DNA from: Schmidtea nova
Taxonomy: Eukaryota
DNA length: 64,000 bases
Reading direction: 5' to 3'
Assembly (NCBI GenBank): GCA_044892505.1
Contig: CM097882.1
Location: forward strand, 172,670,001 to 172,734,000
In this document: positions 38,301-53,600 of the stretch, piece after piece
How positions within the stretch are numbered: the first letter of the stretch is position 1
Layout of the letters: every line of letters begins with the position of its first letter
Program-made: the position numbers and the translations under genes
Notes under the pieces: model-generated
Seen by the model: the letters and a program-made list of their open reading frames with translations, nothing else
Told to the model about the DNA's origin: nothing
Database searches by the model: none

Positions 38301-41300
38301 TTTGACGCGCATAATTTTAGATAATTCTTGCGTCCTTTATTGATCATTTTCCTCAGATATGGTCTGTCTTTATACGAAATTGGCCATTGTTCGAACTGAG
38401 ATTGGAAAGAAGTGATTGAATTGTCTTTTCGATTTACGAGCATCAATTTTATATCATCAGTTTTATTAGTATCATTTCCCTCAGATCCATCTTCTATTTC
38501 ATCACGAATGAGTCTGGGATTGGACAAAATGCCCGTTCGAAAATTATAACAAAGTTTACAAATTGTAGAATTTTGGAGTTTTTCTGTAAGAGGTGTTCGA
38601 CCAACATTCAATTCGCACCAATAATCACTGTCAGATATCGGTGAATTAAATTGTAGCTTTTCTACAATTACTGAAGATCGCACTTTATCAGAAATGATTG
38701 GATCTCGCGAAGACATCACATTAATTAAATCATTAACCAAAGAGCTCTCGATTCCATTGACCACATTCGAATTAGGAATCTCTTCATAACAAGCCGCTTT
38801 ATCCAGGCTTTTTATAAAGGGAACTCCCAAGATACTGAGAAAGTCAGCACTTTCTCATAAACTATAATTTGAACCGCTATCAGAATATAGTTCGTTATCA
38901 AATTTCATTTCACCATTCATATTTAAATACAAAGACCAACAAAACTCTCCTTCACAAAACATTTATTCAATAATTTTCATAAAATTATTAATACATTTTC
39001 AAATCTTTTTTAAATTCCCAACTCAAAATATTTTTAAATTCCAAAAACCCACACAGGCAAAATAATAAAATTAGCCCAGATAAACAATTCGTCAAAACCA
39101 CTTTTTAAATCAAAAAACCCCAAGTTCATTAAAACTGAAACAGTTAAACAAATCAATAAATCATTAAAAAGTCCATTTTAAACCTGAATGTTTTTTATTA
39201 GCATAAACACAGCCAAAGATTCCAACGATCAATTTATTTTTTAATTCAAAGAGAAATTGAACCACTCGCGTCTATGTGCGCACCCCCAAAACAAATAGAT
39301 TTCACCACCACATATCACAGACGCGCTCACAGACAATTGCACGCATAATTCCAATTGATTTATTTAACCCAACTTAAACAGCGATTCCAAGATCCTCCTC
39401 GCACGCCGAGAAATCATTACACCATCACCATCGCGCACACAGACATAATAATCCACTTCTCACCTGGGTATAAACCGCTAGGTGTTTAATAATGTGTGGA
39501 TGATGGCATTGACGGATTATTTGCAATTCATTCGCAACTGCTTTAATAGCCTTTTTGTATGCCTAATAAATGTGTATCGGCTATTAGCATAATTCGTAGC
39601 GGTTTTTTCATTATTTAATGGAACATATGGATCTAGATGGTGTTTAGAAAGTGTTGACCATTTACAATTGAGAAGAACATAAATTTATTATAGAGTTTGT
39701 GATAAGACCGTATTAACGGCTTCCAGGCTCGCTCCGCAATCTCTCACAGCAATCCAGCCCCGCTTTTAGTTATTTAATTTTTATTTAATTATTTTTTAAA
39801 TATTTTTACAAAGCGGGCGCGACCAACATGAGTAATTTGTTGGCACAGACTTCCCTCCTTTAGGTTGTTCATGATCCATAATCATGATCGGCTTCAAGTT
39901 AACTTCGTTGAAGATAGAATTTTTCGCATGTTAGGAAGACTACAAATGTATCGTCCGTTTTTTTGTAACATACGACACCAATGAAAAATTAATTTTGTAA
40001 AAGCAAATTTAGAAGGATATTTTAAAGTTATGTATAATTTCAGTTCAATAGGTGTGTCCGTTTTATTTTTCCCAACATTCCCAAGAAGTGCAATTGTTTT
40101 GGTGAGAAGGAACTCGAAATAGTGAAAAACTAGTGAAAAATTAATCGACAGTTATATTTATGCCGAATCGAAACAGAGGTTCGATCAGACCCTTTTGAAC
40201 TCTGGCACCTTAGATATTTTCTATGAATCCACTTAGTTTCTTTCCTGTACAAATCCACATGTTTTATAAGTATGATATTTTCCAGGTTCAGATTTAATAT
40301 ATTTTATACATTTTCAACGAAAAGTTACCAATTGTTCATCGATCATTACTTTGCCAAAAGAAATTAAAGATTTTCAACAATTCTCTATAAATGCATTCTA
40401 GATTTCTCTTATGATTGCTAACTTGTCTTTCGGTTTTCTCGTGTCTCTAATAGATTTATCATCAAATCTTGTGTATTGAGATGTCGAAATCTCTCTGGGA
40501 ACATATATCTTCGAAACGATTCATCAGTAGTCCACATCAGTAGTCCACATCAGTAGTCCACATAAGTAGTCCACATAATATTGCGTGGAATATAACGCTC
40601 AAGCTGTTACAAATACAACAAAACATGCACCCAGTTCGGATACAGCAGCTGGTTTCCAAGTTCTTTATTTTCAGGGAATCTTTTATTGCACTTTTATAAA
40701 ATTCGATTACCTTCATGGTTTGTATGATTAGTGATCGTATCTTTTGTCATTGGTGTTATGGGATGATTAAATATATTATCAATTTGATTTGCTGGGCTCA
40801 TGTAACAGGTCACACTGGGTATCACGTTTAAAATATTTTTCTGTAATCTGCGCGTATATTAAAATGGCTTGGTAGACCAAACTAGGCCTGACTGCAATAT
40901 AGTGATCTACGACTTCAGGAAAATTAGTATCATCAACACCAACATAAATATCAGAAAGTGTATCATCAGCTTTTTATCTTTTTTTTAATTTCATCTTCTA
41001 TTTCTGAGGCTTGATAGTATTCATCAAATGAAGTACGAGATTTTGATCAACATCGTCCATATCTGCTTCCGAATCAAATAAATCATTCTCATCGTCAGTC
41101 ATAGCATCGTAATACTTTTCTTAATCTTTGTTTTGAGGGAGAAAAGATAAATATATGCTGAAAACGCCTTTTTAACTGTAATAAAAAAGCCAAAAACTGT
41201 AACATAAAATACGGAGTGGGGTAACTTGGGTCCCGCAAAACATATTTACCATTTTTTCATAAAGTAATTAAACAACTTATAAAATGAATAAGTAGTTATA

Positions 41301-42697
41301 TTAAATTTTTCAATAAAGTCGTAGAGAATAAATTATTTAAAAAGTTATTAGAAATAACAAATTTTGGGAGATCATAGCTCCCCTAATTCATATTCTTAAT
41401 TTTTAATTTATTTATTCTTCTTTAATTTTAGAAACCACAATTGGCTGAAATCAGGCGTTGAAACTTTTACGTGATGCGTTCAAGTACCCAGAATAGATGT
41501 TAAAGGAAACCAAAAAGAACTGTAAGTTTTATCACTTCCTTAAGCACTTCCTTCAGCAATACAAAAGTTTCCAAAGGCATTTTTAAAGAAAATTGGGCTT
41601 TGATCTTTATCAGGAAAGGTTCCTAATTCTTTTACAAATCTGTAGTATTTTGGTAGATTTTCAATCGCAACAGTTTCTTCATATGTCAGAATAAATAAAA
41701 GTGGTTAGGTGCATGATCGGGACTGTAGAGAAGGTGATATAAGAGAACAAATCCATTTTCTCAATCACTACCACAGTTTCCGTAATTTTATGGATTGGGG
41801 CTTTGCTTTGGAGGAGCCATATAGTGAGACTACGTAGCTTTCGGCGATTACGTCTGCGTATGTCCACGAGGTTACTGTAGTAGATGATATTAAATCGCAG
41901 ACATTTTCAGCGAAATCCGTAAAGATTATACCACTTGGATCCCAAATATTGTCAACATCAATGATTTAGGATTACATCTTCCATATCTCATCTTTCTGAA
42001 ACTCGTTTCTCTAAAGAATTTTAATTAACTGGACTCACGCTTTGTCTCAGAAACATACAAAGTTAAAATGGTTTCATCCATGACACATGATGACATTTCA
42101 ATGAAATTAGTCATTATGTTCATCAAAAATAAAAAGGTTTGCTTGACAGAATTACCTCAGATTTCTACACATCTCAAAAAAAAACATTAGACGAACCTGG
42201 ATGCCAAATGTCTTACGCAAGATTCATTCAGAATGGCATGCACACCTCCATTATCCCCATTCAACCACTGCAAGCTATCTTTGATATTGATTCGAAGTTC
42301 TTTCGTCAAGATTTGCAAATATTCTTCTTTTTTAGGTCAGAAATTATACAACGACGACCATCTTATACATCATAAAACTCTGACTGGCCACAATGGTTAA
42401 ACTGGCTAATTCAATAGTAGATAGTGCTACGAGAGTGCAACTGATTCAGTATTTGCAGACTCTTATCGACATGCAAATAAATTATTTAATCCCATTTCGA
42501 TAATCGACAAGATGTAGCATGATTTGACAAATAAATTGAAAATGTGATCTCCCAAGCTTCTATACAAGTACATTTTAAAACAAACTAATTTTGTAGCTAT
42601 AGATAATAATAATATCAATAATTCCCTTAATGGATGACTATAGATCAAAATTTCTTTAAATAAGTACACAATATTTCGGCATAGCCTTTATCAACTG

Positions 42698-42791
<94 letters not shown>

Positions 42792-44488
42792 GATTTCACT
42801 AGAATTATATTAGTTTATTATTAGTATAAGTATTATTATTTTTATGGGATAGCCCGGGTACTTATCGAACGCTCAACGTAAATTTTAAAACTGGATATAT
42901 ATTTCATTATCAAAAGTTTTATACGAATATGTTAACCTTTAGCTACTGAATGACTATCATCTTCTTCCATGTTTGGAAGTCCGCATATTTGTTTTAAAAT
43001 ATCATTGAATTTTTCTCTATCTTCAGACACAATTGATGCACCAAAAGACCAAATAATCGAATTGAGAAATAAAGCCTCTAAGAATTCAAGATCACCTGAT
43101 GATTCGTTGCTATCATCATAATCTCGGCTGTAATTTGAAGTCAATAAATCTTCTTGTGGTACAGGAAGTTGAGATGCAAAAATATTACAAAATTGTTTGA
43201 TAAGGCTCATTGGATTTTGAACAATTACCGTTTTTAATCTTTTACCTTGTTGCGAGCGAAATATTCCCTCGAAGATCAGATCTATTAATGGTGGGATGTA
43301 TTTCTCATATAATCTTTTCAATATTTCATGATCTGATTCCGGTTGGTGAAAAAATAGCTAAAATATTATTTATTTTAATTTTGCTTAAAAAAATTTTCTA
43401 ATTTTTTTACAAAAGTTTTTTTAATGAGCATACCCATTTGGCCCAATAAGGCTTATATCCAAGATTTTTTGGATCCACATATACCATTCCACATCGAGAG
43501 ACAGTGGCTGGGGAGGCATATTGCAAATCACCGACTTCAAATAGCAATGAACAATGCGGTTGTAAACGTATTCGTTCCCCATTAACAAGGGTCAATAAAC
43601 GGTTGTCATCCATCACCGAATTCATATTTTCAATCCATAGAGCGTCAACATCTCCATCAAATAATAAAAAGCGCCTTTCCTCTTTATCAGTCTGTTGATT
43701 AATTTGACGAAATATTGAAGACAGTAATCCATCCGTCCAATCTCTACTTGCTGGATCCAATGTTCCGTATAATTCATTTACTGTACGCTCCTTGGGATTA
43801 ATAGTGTACATTTTAGTTTGGATTTTTAACCTGGAAATATAATCAATTTATATTATAAAATGTTTTATAAAAATTAAACAAATTGGTTTAGCGTAGATTC
43901 TAAATACCACGGACATCGTGGTTAAAATTTGCTAATAAAATTTGAGCAATTAATTTAATTTTAATTTATGTTAAAATAAAGACTTACAATTGTTAAATTT
44001 TCATTTATTAGTGTTTGTTGGTAATTGTTTATATATATATGTTACGGTAAATGTACAAAATGTCAAAATGTACACATTCGCCGGTAAATGTACACATAGA
44101 CCACACCAATGGGTAAATGTAAGTTTACTATTTCGAAAAAGTTTGTTATACATACATTTACAGGTAAATGTATACATTATATCAAGGTCTTGTAAAATGT
44201 AGAAATAATTGACAAATATGTATATGTACCGGGAAAAGTACATATCGGCTTCGGGGCATTTATATCAAATCAAATTTTACTTAAAAAATATATTATTGTT
44301 TTTTCGAACATATAGATGGAGTTAATTTCAGGACATTTAATTTTTTTTATGTTTTGTATTTGAAAAATATTGAATTTGTTTTTATTTCGAAAAAAATGTA
44401 ATAAAAATGTACATTTGCCAAATCTTGCAGTTAATGTATACATTTACCGGTAAATATATACATTTACCTGGTTATGTACATTTACCGT

Positions 44489-44531
<43 letters not shown>

Positions 44532-44561
44532 AATCAAAGGTGAAACAAAATGATAATTATG

Positions 44562-44630
<69 letters not shown>

Positions 44631-47600
44631 ATAATTATTTTTAGATCAATTTTAATACAAAACAAAAATATATATGACCAAATAACAAAAAATAAGGCAT
44701 ATACATTTATTTTGTAATAAAGTTCATCTTAAAAATATTTAAAAATAAATTATAGCAATGACCAAAAAAACTAATAATTAATAAAAAAAATATTAAAACT
44801 ATCTAATGCAAAGATCGTACTATCAGATGAGAAACTTTATAACATTGATGATAAAATATGTTTTTATAACAATGATTAAAATTTACAATATTATTCGTTT
44901 TGTTCCTAAATATTCGATCCAATAATTTAATGGCGAAATGTAACAAGTTGAAGGACATAATTGGTTCAGTCGTCACTTTATGATTTAAAATATATATTTT
45001 TATTTTAAAACACATTGTAATTATCCAACATAGTTTTAAAAATTATTTTTTTAAATTTCTAAAAATATTTTTATTTGATTTATTTCAGGTTTAAAAAATA
45101 ACAAATATATGAAAATAAAATTTGAAATCATTTTCAAAAGAACATTTTTTAGCGGACTAAATTGATCTACAAAATTAATTTTAGACCAATATTAAGCACA
45201 TGAATACACACAGCATGTTTAATAAATACACACAATCATGTCATTCAAAACTTGAGTAAACCATTTTATGTTGGTTCATACTATATAAAACACTTTGGAA
45301 AGGGGAGTTGACAGAGTGGACACACTGCTTCAGTGCGGTCACAATATTATCATAGTTAAAACACACACAAATAAACCCATAAAATTCAAAATTTGTTTAA
45401 GCAAAAATTTTCTCACGCAAGGGTAATCTTTGTTCTTGGTTCAGTACGCTCACAACAAAAAAATTTAAATAAATACTTTTTTAATGCTTGACACAGTGCA
45501 CGAATAACTGTTGATTTTCCACCACAAGTTGGGCCAACGACCATGACACAGTGTCTCGTTAGGAGTATTTCGAATAATTGCACTACTTTATCTACCTTAA
45601 TAAAATTAATAAAATTTACTAATTAAAAACTAAAATTCTAAAATAACCGACTTAAAATCCGATTTATTTCTGTTATATATATTTTATTAACTACTAATGT
45701 GATTTATACTATTTAAACATCTTTCTCCTTTCAACAAGAATCGTTCAAGGTAGCTGTTAAAAAAATAACTTAATGACGAATTTTCGAATATGTTGAAGAA
45801 TTGAAAATGTATTCACTGCATGTAATACATAATTTAATCCAATATATTATTGCACCACCCCTTAATTATCAAAGTCAATTTTGTACAAATATTGATACCA
45901 CGAAGGTATCTATAGTTTTCTATTGGACCGGATGTCAATATTAGATTCTTATTTTAATTCTTGGATATTTGGAAGTAGAGGGTGCTCATCCTAAGATTCT
46001 CCTCGGTCGTACATTAATTCCTTTCAATTTTTCTACACCTCAAAAAATATTAATTGTTTATTTATTACACAAATCCAAAAGTTATTGATATTTAAAGGTC
46101 TTTGAATTGTTTATCAGGAGTTTATCAGGAGTTTATCAGGAGTTCCTCTTTCCCACAAAATATATTCATATATTCTATAAATCTCATCAAATTCTTCATC
46201 GATATGCCATCAAAATGGAAATTTGCTTGGTTTACAGTGGATTATTGGCATATTTATGAATTAAATTAAGATAAAATGACTATAAATTAGTAAAGTTAGC
46301 TATGTAGGTTGAATTATTATGGGTCGTTACGATGCTAATGCATCACTTGATCATCAACCAAGTCCCACAATTCTGATCCACAATGTATTCATAGGTACTC
46401 AACAGACAAACTATATATATCAGATTTATATCAGATAAAAGACCGTTATTTTACTCTTTGAAAAATATCAGCTCAATATATATCAATATATCAAATATTT
46501 TAATTATTTTAATCTAAATTCAGCCTGGGACAATTTTAACCCCAAATATAAAGGGAGAGTTAATAAGTTACAAAAACATTTAAAATAATGAAAACAAAAA
46601 GTGAAAATGGAATTCGGCCTGGGACAATTTTGACCCCAAATATAAAGGGAGAGTTAACAATATAACAATTGAGCTATTTCGCTAGCTTCCTCTTTAGAGT
46701 TAATTTTTGGGTGTTTGTCTCTAATGAGAATAGCTTCTTTAAGTCTGAGATTTTTTTCGTCATTTTCGCTTCTCAATATTCTTACTGATATTATTTTTTT
46801 CTTATTTTCTGTCTGACATTGTTGAAGATGTCTATATACAGATAACTTTCCACCGGGATGAAGATGTTCTTTAATTCTCTGATGCAAAGTCCGAAGGGTG
46901 CTCCCGATATAAATTTCTTCGCATTTATTACACATGATGCTATAGACAATGTTCTTGTGAAAGCATATTTTCTTTGGTGTTTGGCAATTTCTCATCTTAC
47001 ATGTATTTTCTTTTCTCGTGTTGTTAACCAGGGCTTGCCTCAATGTCTTAGATCTATGTGCCAAACGAATCGGAAGACCCGTGAGATTAAGTTCTTTGAT
47101 GATCATAAAAATTATTCGGTCATTGATGAAAGGAATTCGAAGGTAAAAATATTTTTTGTCATTTTGTAAGTTTTTCTGCCTTCTCTGGTTGAATTTTATT
47201 TTGTTGATCTCGTTAATATTATGGTATCCATTACGATGCAGGACTTCAGTAAATATTGCTTGTTGTACTGAGTTGTCCTCTTCCTTTGTGCATCGATTAG
47301 CAATCCTTTGTCTCTCATTTCTAATGACGTTTACTTTCTGCTGATGAGGAATTGCTGATCTTTGGTGCATAAATATTTCTTTGTGGGCTGACTTTCTGTA
47401 GAACCCATATGTTGGTGTGTCTGAGTTGATTTTTATTCTCAGATCTAATAGTTCGAGGGATCCGTCTTCTTTCGGGTATTCAATCTCAAATTTTATGTCA
47501 TTGTGTGCCGCATTGAAAATACGAAATATTTCTTCCGCTTCCTTTTTGCTTTTTGTTGTGATAAAAATATCATCTACATATCTTGCGTATATACCAATGG

Positions 47601-50600
47601 TATTTATGGTTATGAGTGTTTGTTGTTCGAGATAGCCCATGAATATAATCGCAAGTATGGCTGATATACTAGAGCCCATTGACAGGCCTCTCACTTGTTG
47701 GTATACTTTCTGTTCAAATGTAAAGTAGGTGTTTGTGAGAATCACAGTTAGAAGTTCAATGATGTCTTCTGTCTGCATCTCATTTATTATAAGTTTACAT
47801 TTTTTGACTTTCTTTCTAAACAATCTATAGCATCTTTAGGGTGAATAGAGGTGTCTATGGATACCACATCGAGGCTAAAAGGATAATTGAATTTTGCATT
47901 GGTATTTTTATCTGTTTTATTCAATTTTGACATAAGACAGTCACTGCTTTGAAGATGGTGTGGTACNNNNNNNNNNNNNNNNNNNNNNNNNNNNNNNNNN
48001 NNNNNNNNNNNNNNNNNNNNNNNNNNNNNNNNNNNNNNNNNNNNNNNNNNNNNNNNNNNNNNNNNNNNNNNNNNNNNNNNNNNNNNNNNNNNNNNNNNNN
48101 NNNNNNNNNNNNNNNNNNNNNNNNNNNNNNNNNNNNNNNNNNNNNNNNNNNNNNNNNNNNNNNNNNNNNNNNNNNNNNNNNNNNNNNNNNNNNNNAAAAA
48201 AATTTCTAAGACAGTTATTAGTCTTGTAATGAATCACATTGTAGGTCAAGGTCATATAAAAAAGGCATATTTTACTATTTAAAGACTTTATATTGTGAGC
48301 TACAATCACTCTATTTTAAATAGTTTTCTAAGTCAGAACAAAGACTCTACAGCTACAGCTCAAACTAAAGGTTGTATGAAAAATATCTTTAGTGTTTTGG
48401 AATCAGAATAAATTCTAAGACTTATTTCAAAATATAATTTTTCATAGGGTCGTTTCTTTAGCCGCAAAAGGGTCTTCAAATCTTTGTTAATCATGCATTA
48501 ATATTTCACATGTATTGCACTTGGATTGCAATTATTAAAACAAGATACATTAATACATTTATTTAAACTACAAAATATATCAAAATAGTGGCTTTCGTGT
48601 TTATGAAACTGGTTCTAGAAAGATCTCAATTTTTCTATGAGCACTATTTCAAATGGCCTGTTGAAGTAATTGTTTTATTAATTACACAATATTAAATTTA
48701 TTAGATAATTCACAGTGAAATATGCCCAAGAGTTGATGAAACTAGAAATTTGGAAACTTTAAAAGATCATTGCAAGAAACAGCAACATGCTCGAAAAGCA
48801 ATAAAATCATTAAAAATATTTTAAAATTGACCTATTGTATTACTGGATTTTTAGAAAATAAATTTATCGTTTTTAATGATATTATTTTTTATAAAAATGT
48901 ATTGTTTGATTAAAATACAATTATTAGTAATAATATTTCTTATTTAAAATATGAACAATCTTCATCTCCACAATATATTTTATATGTATCAACACCATCA
49001 TTTTGACAAGTAGGTTCATCAAATATTTGTTCATTAAGCTCATAATTATACTCGTAGATAGAATCTTCATTTAACTTCACAAGGTAATCAGTTTTTTATC
49101 ATTAATTTCATAAGTAGTAGTTACTTTGTCAATACTTCCATCTTTTACTATAGATACTAACATTTTGGAAATGTTGAAAATAGTTATTAACTTGATATTA
49201 TATAATAAAAATGTAATTATACACTAAAATTAAATTTAGAATTAAAATTAATTAATAATTTTTTCGATTAAATTATTCATTATTTTATTGAAAATATATA
49301 TTATTATTATTTAATTTATAGTTAATTTAAGCACGAAATAATTTAAAAATACTGAAAAGTAATATATTTCTTAGCCAATAAAAACCAAGATAGATAGAAA
49401 GTATATTACGTTGCAGTATTTTAGAATTATTTTACATTGAAGTATTTTAAATTTATTTTGTGAAAATAAATTTTTATCGTAATTTAAATTCTAATCGTTT
49501 TTAGAGTGCATACTTTGTTAAGGATAAAGGTTTTTGAATTTGAAAAAATTTGAAAAAAATGATGAGTCAACTTGGATTCACTTCTACCTATTATTATTAT
49601 CATTATCATAAATATAATGATTGTTATATCCAGGCCAGTTGATCAAAGCTTGAGAGAAAAGATTAGCAAAGACCAATGTAGACAATTTAATTTGCGGAGT
49701 TCTCCCGACGAAAAACCCATACATACATAATAATAGATTCATAGAAACTGTAACTGCACATCACATAATTCTATAGAATAAACTGCTCATCATAAAATGC
49801 GAAGAAGTGACTATTATTAGCAGTGCCACATGAATCCATCCAAACAATGTAAATGGATGCAGATAATGCTTCTTCACCAAGATGATAACGAACCACTTAA
49901 GGCCACAACTGTATATAAAGATCGATATAAATTGATGGCAAGAAACAAGCGATTGCAGTAAATCTTCTTTTGCCAATAATCTACGGAAATTTCCATTTAG
50001 ATAGACTTTGAAGCGATCTTCAGGTGGATTATCGTCAGAGACACGCGAAAGTATTAACACGATTGTCATTTTTAAATCACGAAGATAACGAAAACCTTCA
50101 TTTGAATTGAAAGAATTCCCATAGCATCTACGAAAGAAACTTGCGGTGGCTTTTTTCATATAGTCTTCAACGTTGAAATCTAACGAATTACTGTCACAAT
50201 CCGTCCCGATATCGGTTTCATTTGATAAATCGTTCCCATTAAACCATAACACATCCTAAGAATATCGTTTTACACTGTTACACGATTTCCAGAATCAAAT
50301 GCAACATTGCCATCAATTTTGTCCATCTTTTCCTTTTAAATTTTCACAAAAGTTGATTTAAATTGTCCATCAAAAATTAACATGAATGTCACTCACCAAA
50401 TTTAAAAATTTTTAAAAAAACAACTTTTCCAAACCGAAACCAAATTCAGTTATTAAAACAACTCAAAAGATCGATATCAGACAATTTCGAGAATCCTTCT
50501 TTAACCCGACCAATCAACATTCGCCAGAACCACACAACTATCTCAACGCCATTAGAAAGGCATCACGAGAGATAACAACAAAATAATCGCTCGATGCACA

Positions 50601-53600
50601 CACTCAAAATTGCCTTAAAAGACATTAAGATAATATTATCTACTATGCAGAATTGATCAATGATAATCATTATTCTTTTTACTTTATTATTCTTTTTAAA
50701 CTTTTTTTATTAAAATTATTAAATTGCCTACAATTCTTTAAATTCTCAAAGGACATTATCTTTGAAATTGAGAAATGTTTTGAATTATTTTATTTTACAA
50801 AGAAATTAAAATATATTACAAATGTTAATAGCTATTTAGTTAATAGCTAATAGTGACCTCTACATTTGACGGTTGCATGCTTGTTTCTAATGAAAATTGT
50901 CTTTTAAGTTCAGATATATTTTGATTATTCTATTTGATAATTTTAGTTTCTTCGGTTGATATTCTGAATATCTATATTAATTCCCACCACGGTAGTTGGT
51001 GTTCTCTAATTTTTTGTATAACGTTTTAAGTGTTTTTATAATTTATATTTATGAACTTACTGCACCTGATTTAATAGATAACTTTTTAATTTAAGTAATG
51101 GTCGTTAATGAATGAATTATTTTAAATAAATGTCTCCTAAAGTATTTCTCTGTCCATTTGGATTGAAAGTCATTTTTCAATGTCAAAGTTGAAGCGTCTT
51201 TTTTGATGACTTTGTTGAATATTGCTTATTGTTTTGAATCATTAATCTATTCAGTGCTTTACCTAATAATCTTTTGTTTTTGTTGTTTACCACGTTTGTT
51301 AACTATCTCTAGATATAGATATGTCGGTCTTGAATGACTAAATATTTTATTGTAGAAAGATTTTTTTAAACTCTATGATAGGCTTTAGCGTAGAAAACAA
51401 AACCTCGGGGTCTGTTGTTCGAAATTATTTATAAAGATGGTATCTAAAAATCACTTACATCACTCAATAAGATAGGCACTATGATAGAAGAAAATGTATG
51501 TTTTAATTAAAAATATATTTTTCCATAATCGATATTTGTTTAACTATATAAATCAGTGGTTCCCAAATTTTTTTGGCTCACGACACACTTTGAAAATTCA
51601 AAAAATCTCGCGGCACAGTATAGTTTTTATATTTTTTTTCCTTAAAATCATATATTAGGTAATTAAATGGAAAATTTTTCTAAATTAGATTGCAAATTAA
51701 TTCATTTTATTTAACAAAAAGGAACATGAGCTTTCTTTAATGAGAAGAATGTGTTTGCTTTTTCAAGCATAGTGCATCAAAACGTGGCTCCAGAACTGAT
51801 AAACATGCTCTCATTTCACTGACAATGTTGATTAATCGCTCTCGTTTCTTTGACTTTATTTCGGTCAAAGCCGAAAAACTAAATTCGCAACACCATGAAG
51901 AGGCAAATGAAAGAATAATTTTCACTGCTTTTGTAGAAATCAAAGGATACGTCGCTTTAATAGAGATCCAAAAGACGTCAAGTTTGTTTTCGGTGAAAGT
52001 CGACTGCATCGTTTTTAAAATCTATCTGTTCCTCCTCCTCTTCAGTACTTAGATTTGTTGTAGAAAAATTTCCAAAAGGATTCATTATCCAACCATATTC
52101 ATCGAGAGAGAGCGATGGAAAATATTGTTGTAATGCGGATTGAAGTTCCTTCAAAGAATTCATAACATCTTTCTTGATTTTCTTTTTATCTTTTGACTGA
52201 TTTACTGTTGGAAAGCAATCATAAATTCCTTTGGATATTTTGTTTTGCCATAAAATGAGTTTCTTCTCAAATGATTTTAATTTTGATGTCGATGTGATTA
52301 TATTTTCTGAAGGTCCTTGAAGGCTGGTATTGAGTGAATTTACCTTTTCAAATAGATCACCAATAAACTGAAGTTTAAGCCATTACATCTCATCCTGATA
52401 CGAAAATGGAAATTTGGCTTGCAACTCATCCAAAAATGCAATAACTTCGGTTTTAAGACAGATAATTCGTGCTAGCACTTTACCTTTCGAGAGCCATCTA
52501 ACTTCTGTTTGAAAAAGTAAACATTTGTGATCCGAATCCATTGCTTCAAAGTTGTGCAAAAGGTCGAGTGCGGAGAGGATGAGCTTTGATAAAATTCACA
52601 ACTTTTAGAACTTGCTCCAAAACTGTTTTCATATCATCGGGTAGCGATTTTGATACAAGTGCCTCTATTATCATACAGTGAGTGATAATCACATTTGAGT
52701 TTTGTTTTTGAACGAGAGCAGCAAGTCCTTTATTTTTTCTTAGCATCAATGGACATCCGTCTGTGCAAACGCTAACACAGTTGCTCCATTTAAGGTTGAA
52801 AGATAATAGATTTTCATTTACCAGCTCATAAATTTCTTTTCCTTTTGTTGTCAATTTTAACTCCTTGCAAAAAAAATTCATTCACGAATTTTGAATCTCT
52901 GATAAATCGAATAAATGACAAGAGATGTGCCTTTCTGCTTATATCGGTTGATTCATCGACTTGAAGACTCCATAACGATGAAAGTTAGTCAGCTTCACAG
53001 GCGTTGAATTGATCTTTAATTTGATCTTCCAGATCTGTTGAAATTTCTTCAATTCGACGGCAAATTGTATTATTCGAGTGGAATTTTCTTAACTTTCTCT
53101 GCTGCTTCAGGACCTAGCATCGTTTCAACGATTATTGCTAAAGCAGGAGCAATTACCGTTTCAGCTTCTGTGTGCGCTTTTTTTCGTTTCGCTAATAAAT
53201 GAGCAACTTTGAAGCTCACCATCAAACCTTTTTCAGGAATTTGCATAAAGCCAGTAAGTTTTTTTGCTTGCTTACTTTGCTGAATTGCAAATGCCTCGAA
53301 ATATTCTTTTGGCTTATCCTTCAGAGATGGATGATTCGTTTCTAGATGACGTTTCAACTTGCTGGGAACTAAAGCTTCGTTGGACAACATTGTAATACAT
53401 ATTAAACAAAGCGGCTGCTGAGAATCATCTGGTCCAAGAGCTGTAAAACCATATTGAATGTATTCCTCTTTGTACTTTCTCTTGGTGATCTGCTTTTCTG
53501 TTAAGCCTTTTTCCTTTTGTGGTGGAAGTTTTTGCAAATATTTATCCATTGCTATTAAGATAATAAATTACTTAAATATACAAAATTTTCGCAATTTAAA

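Noticed and set aside
21066-48309. ORFs containing X runs (21066, 21077, 28699, 28742, 32854, 32933, 32988, 47941-47960)
   Set aside because: These are artefacts of N gaps.
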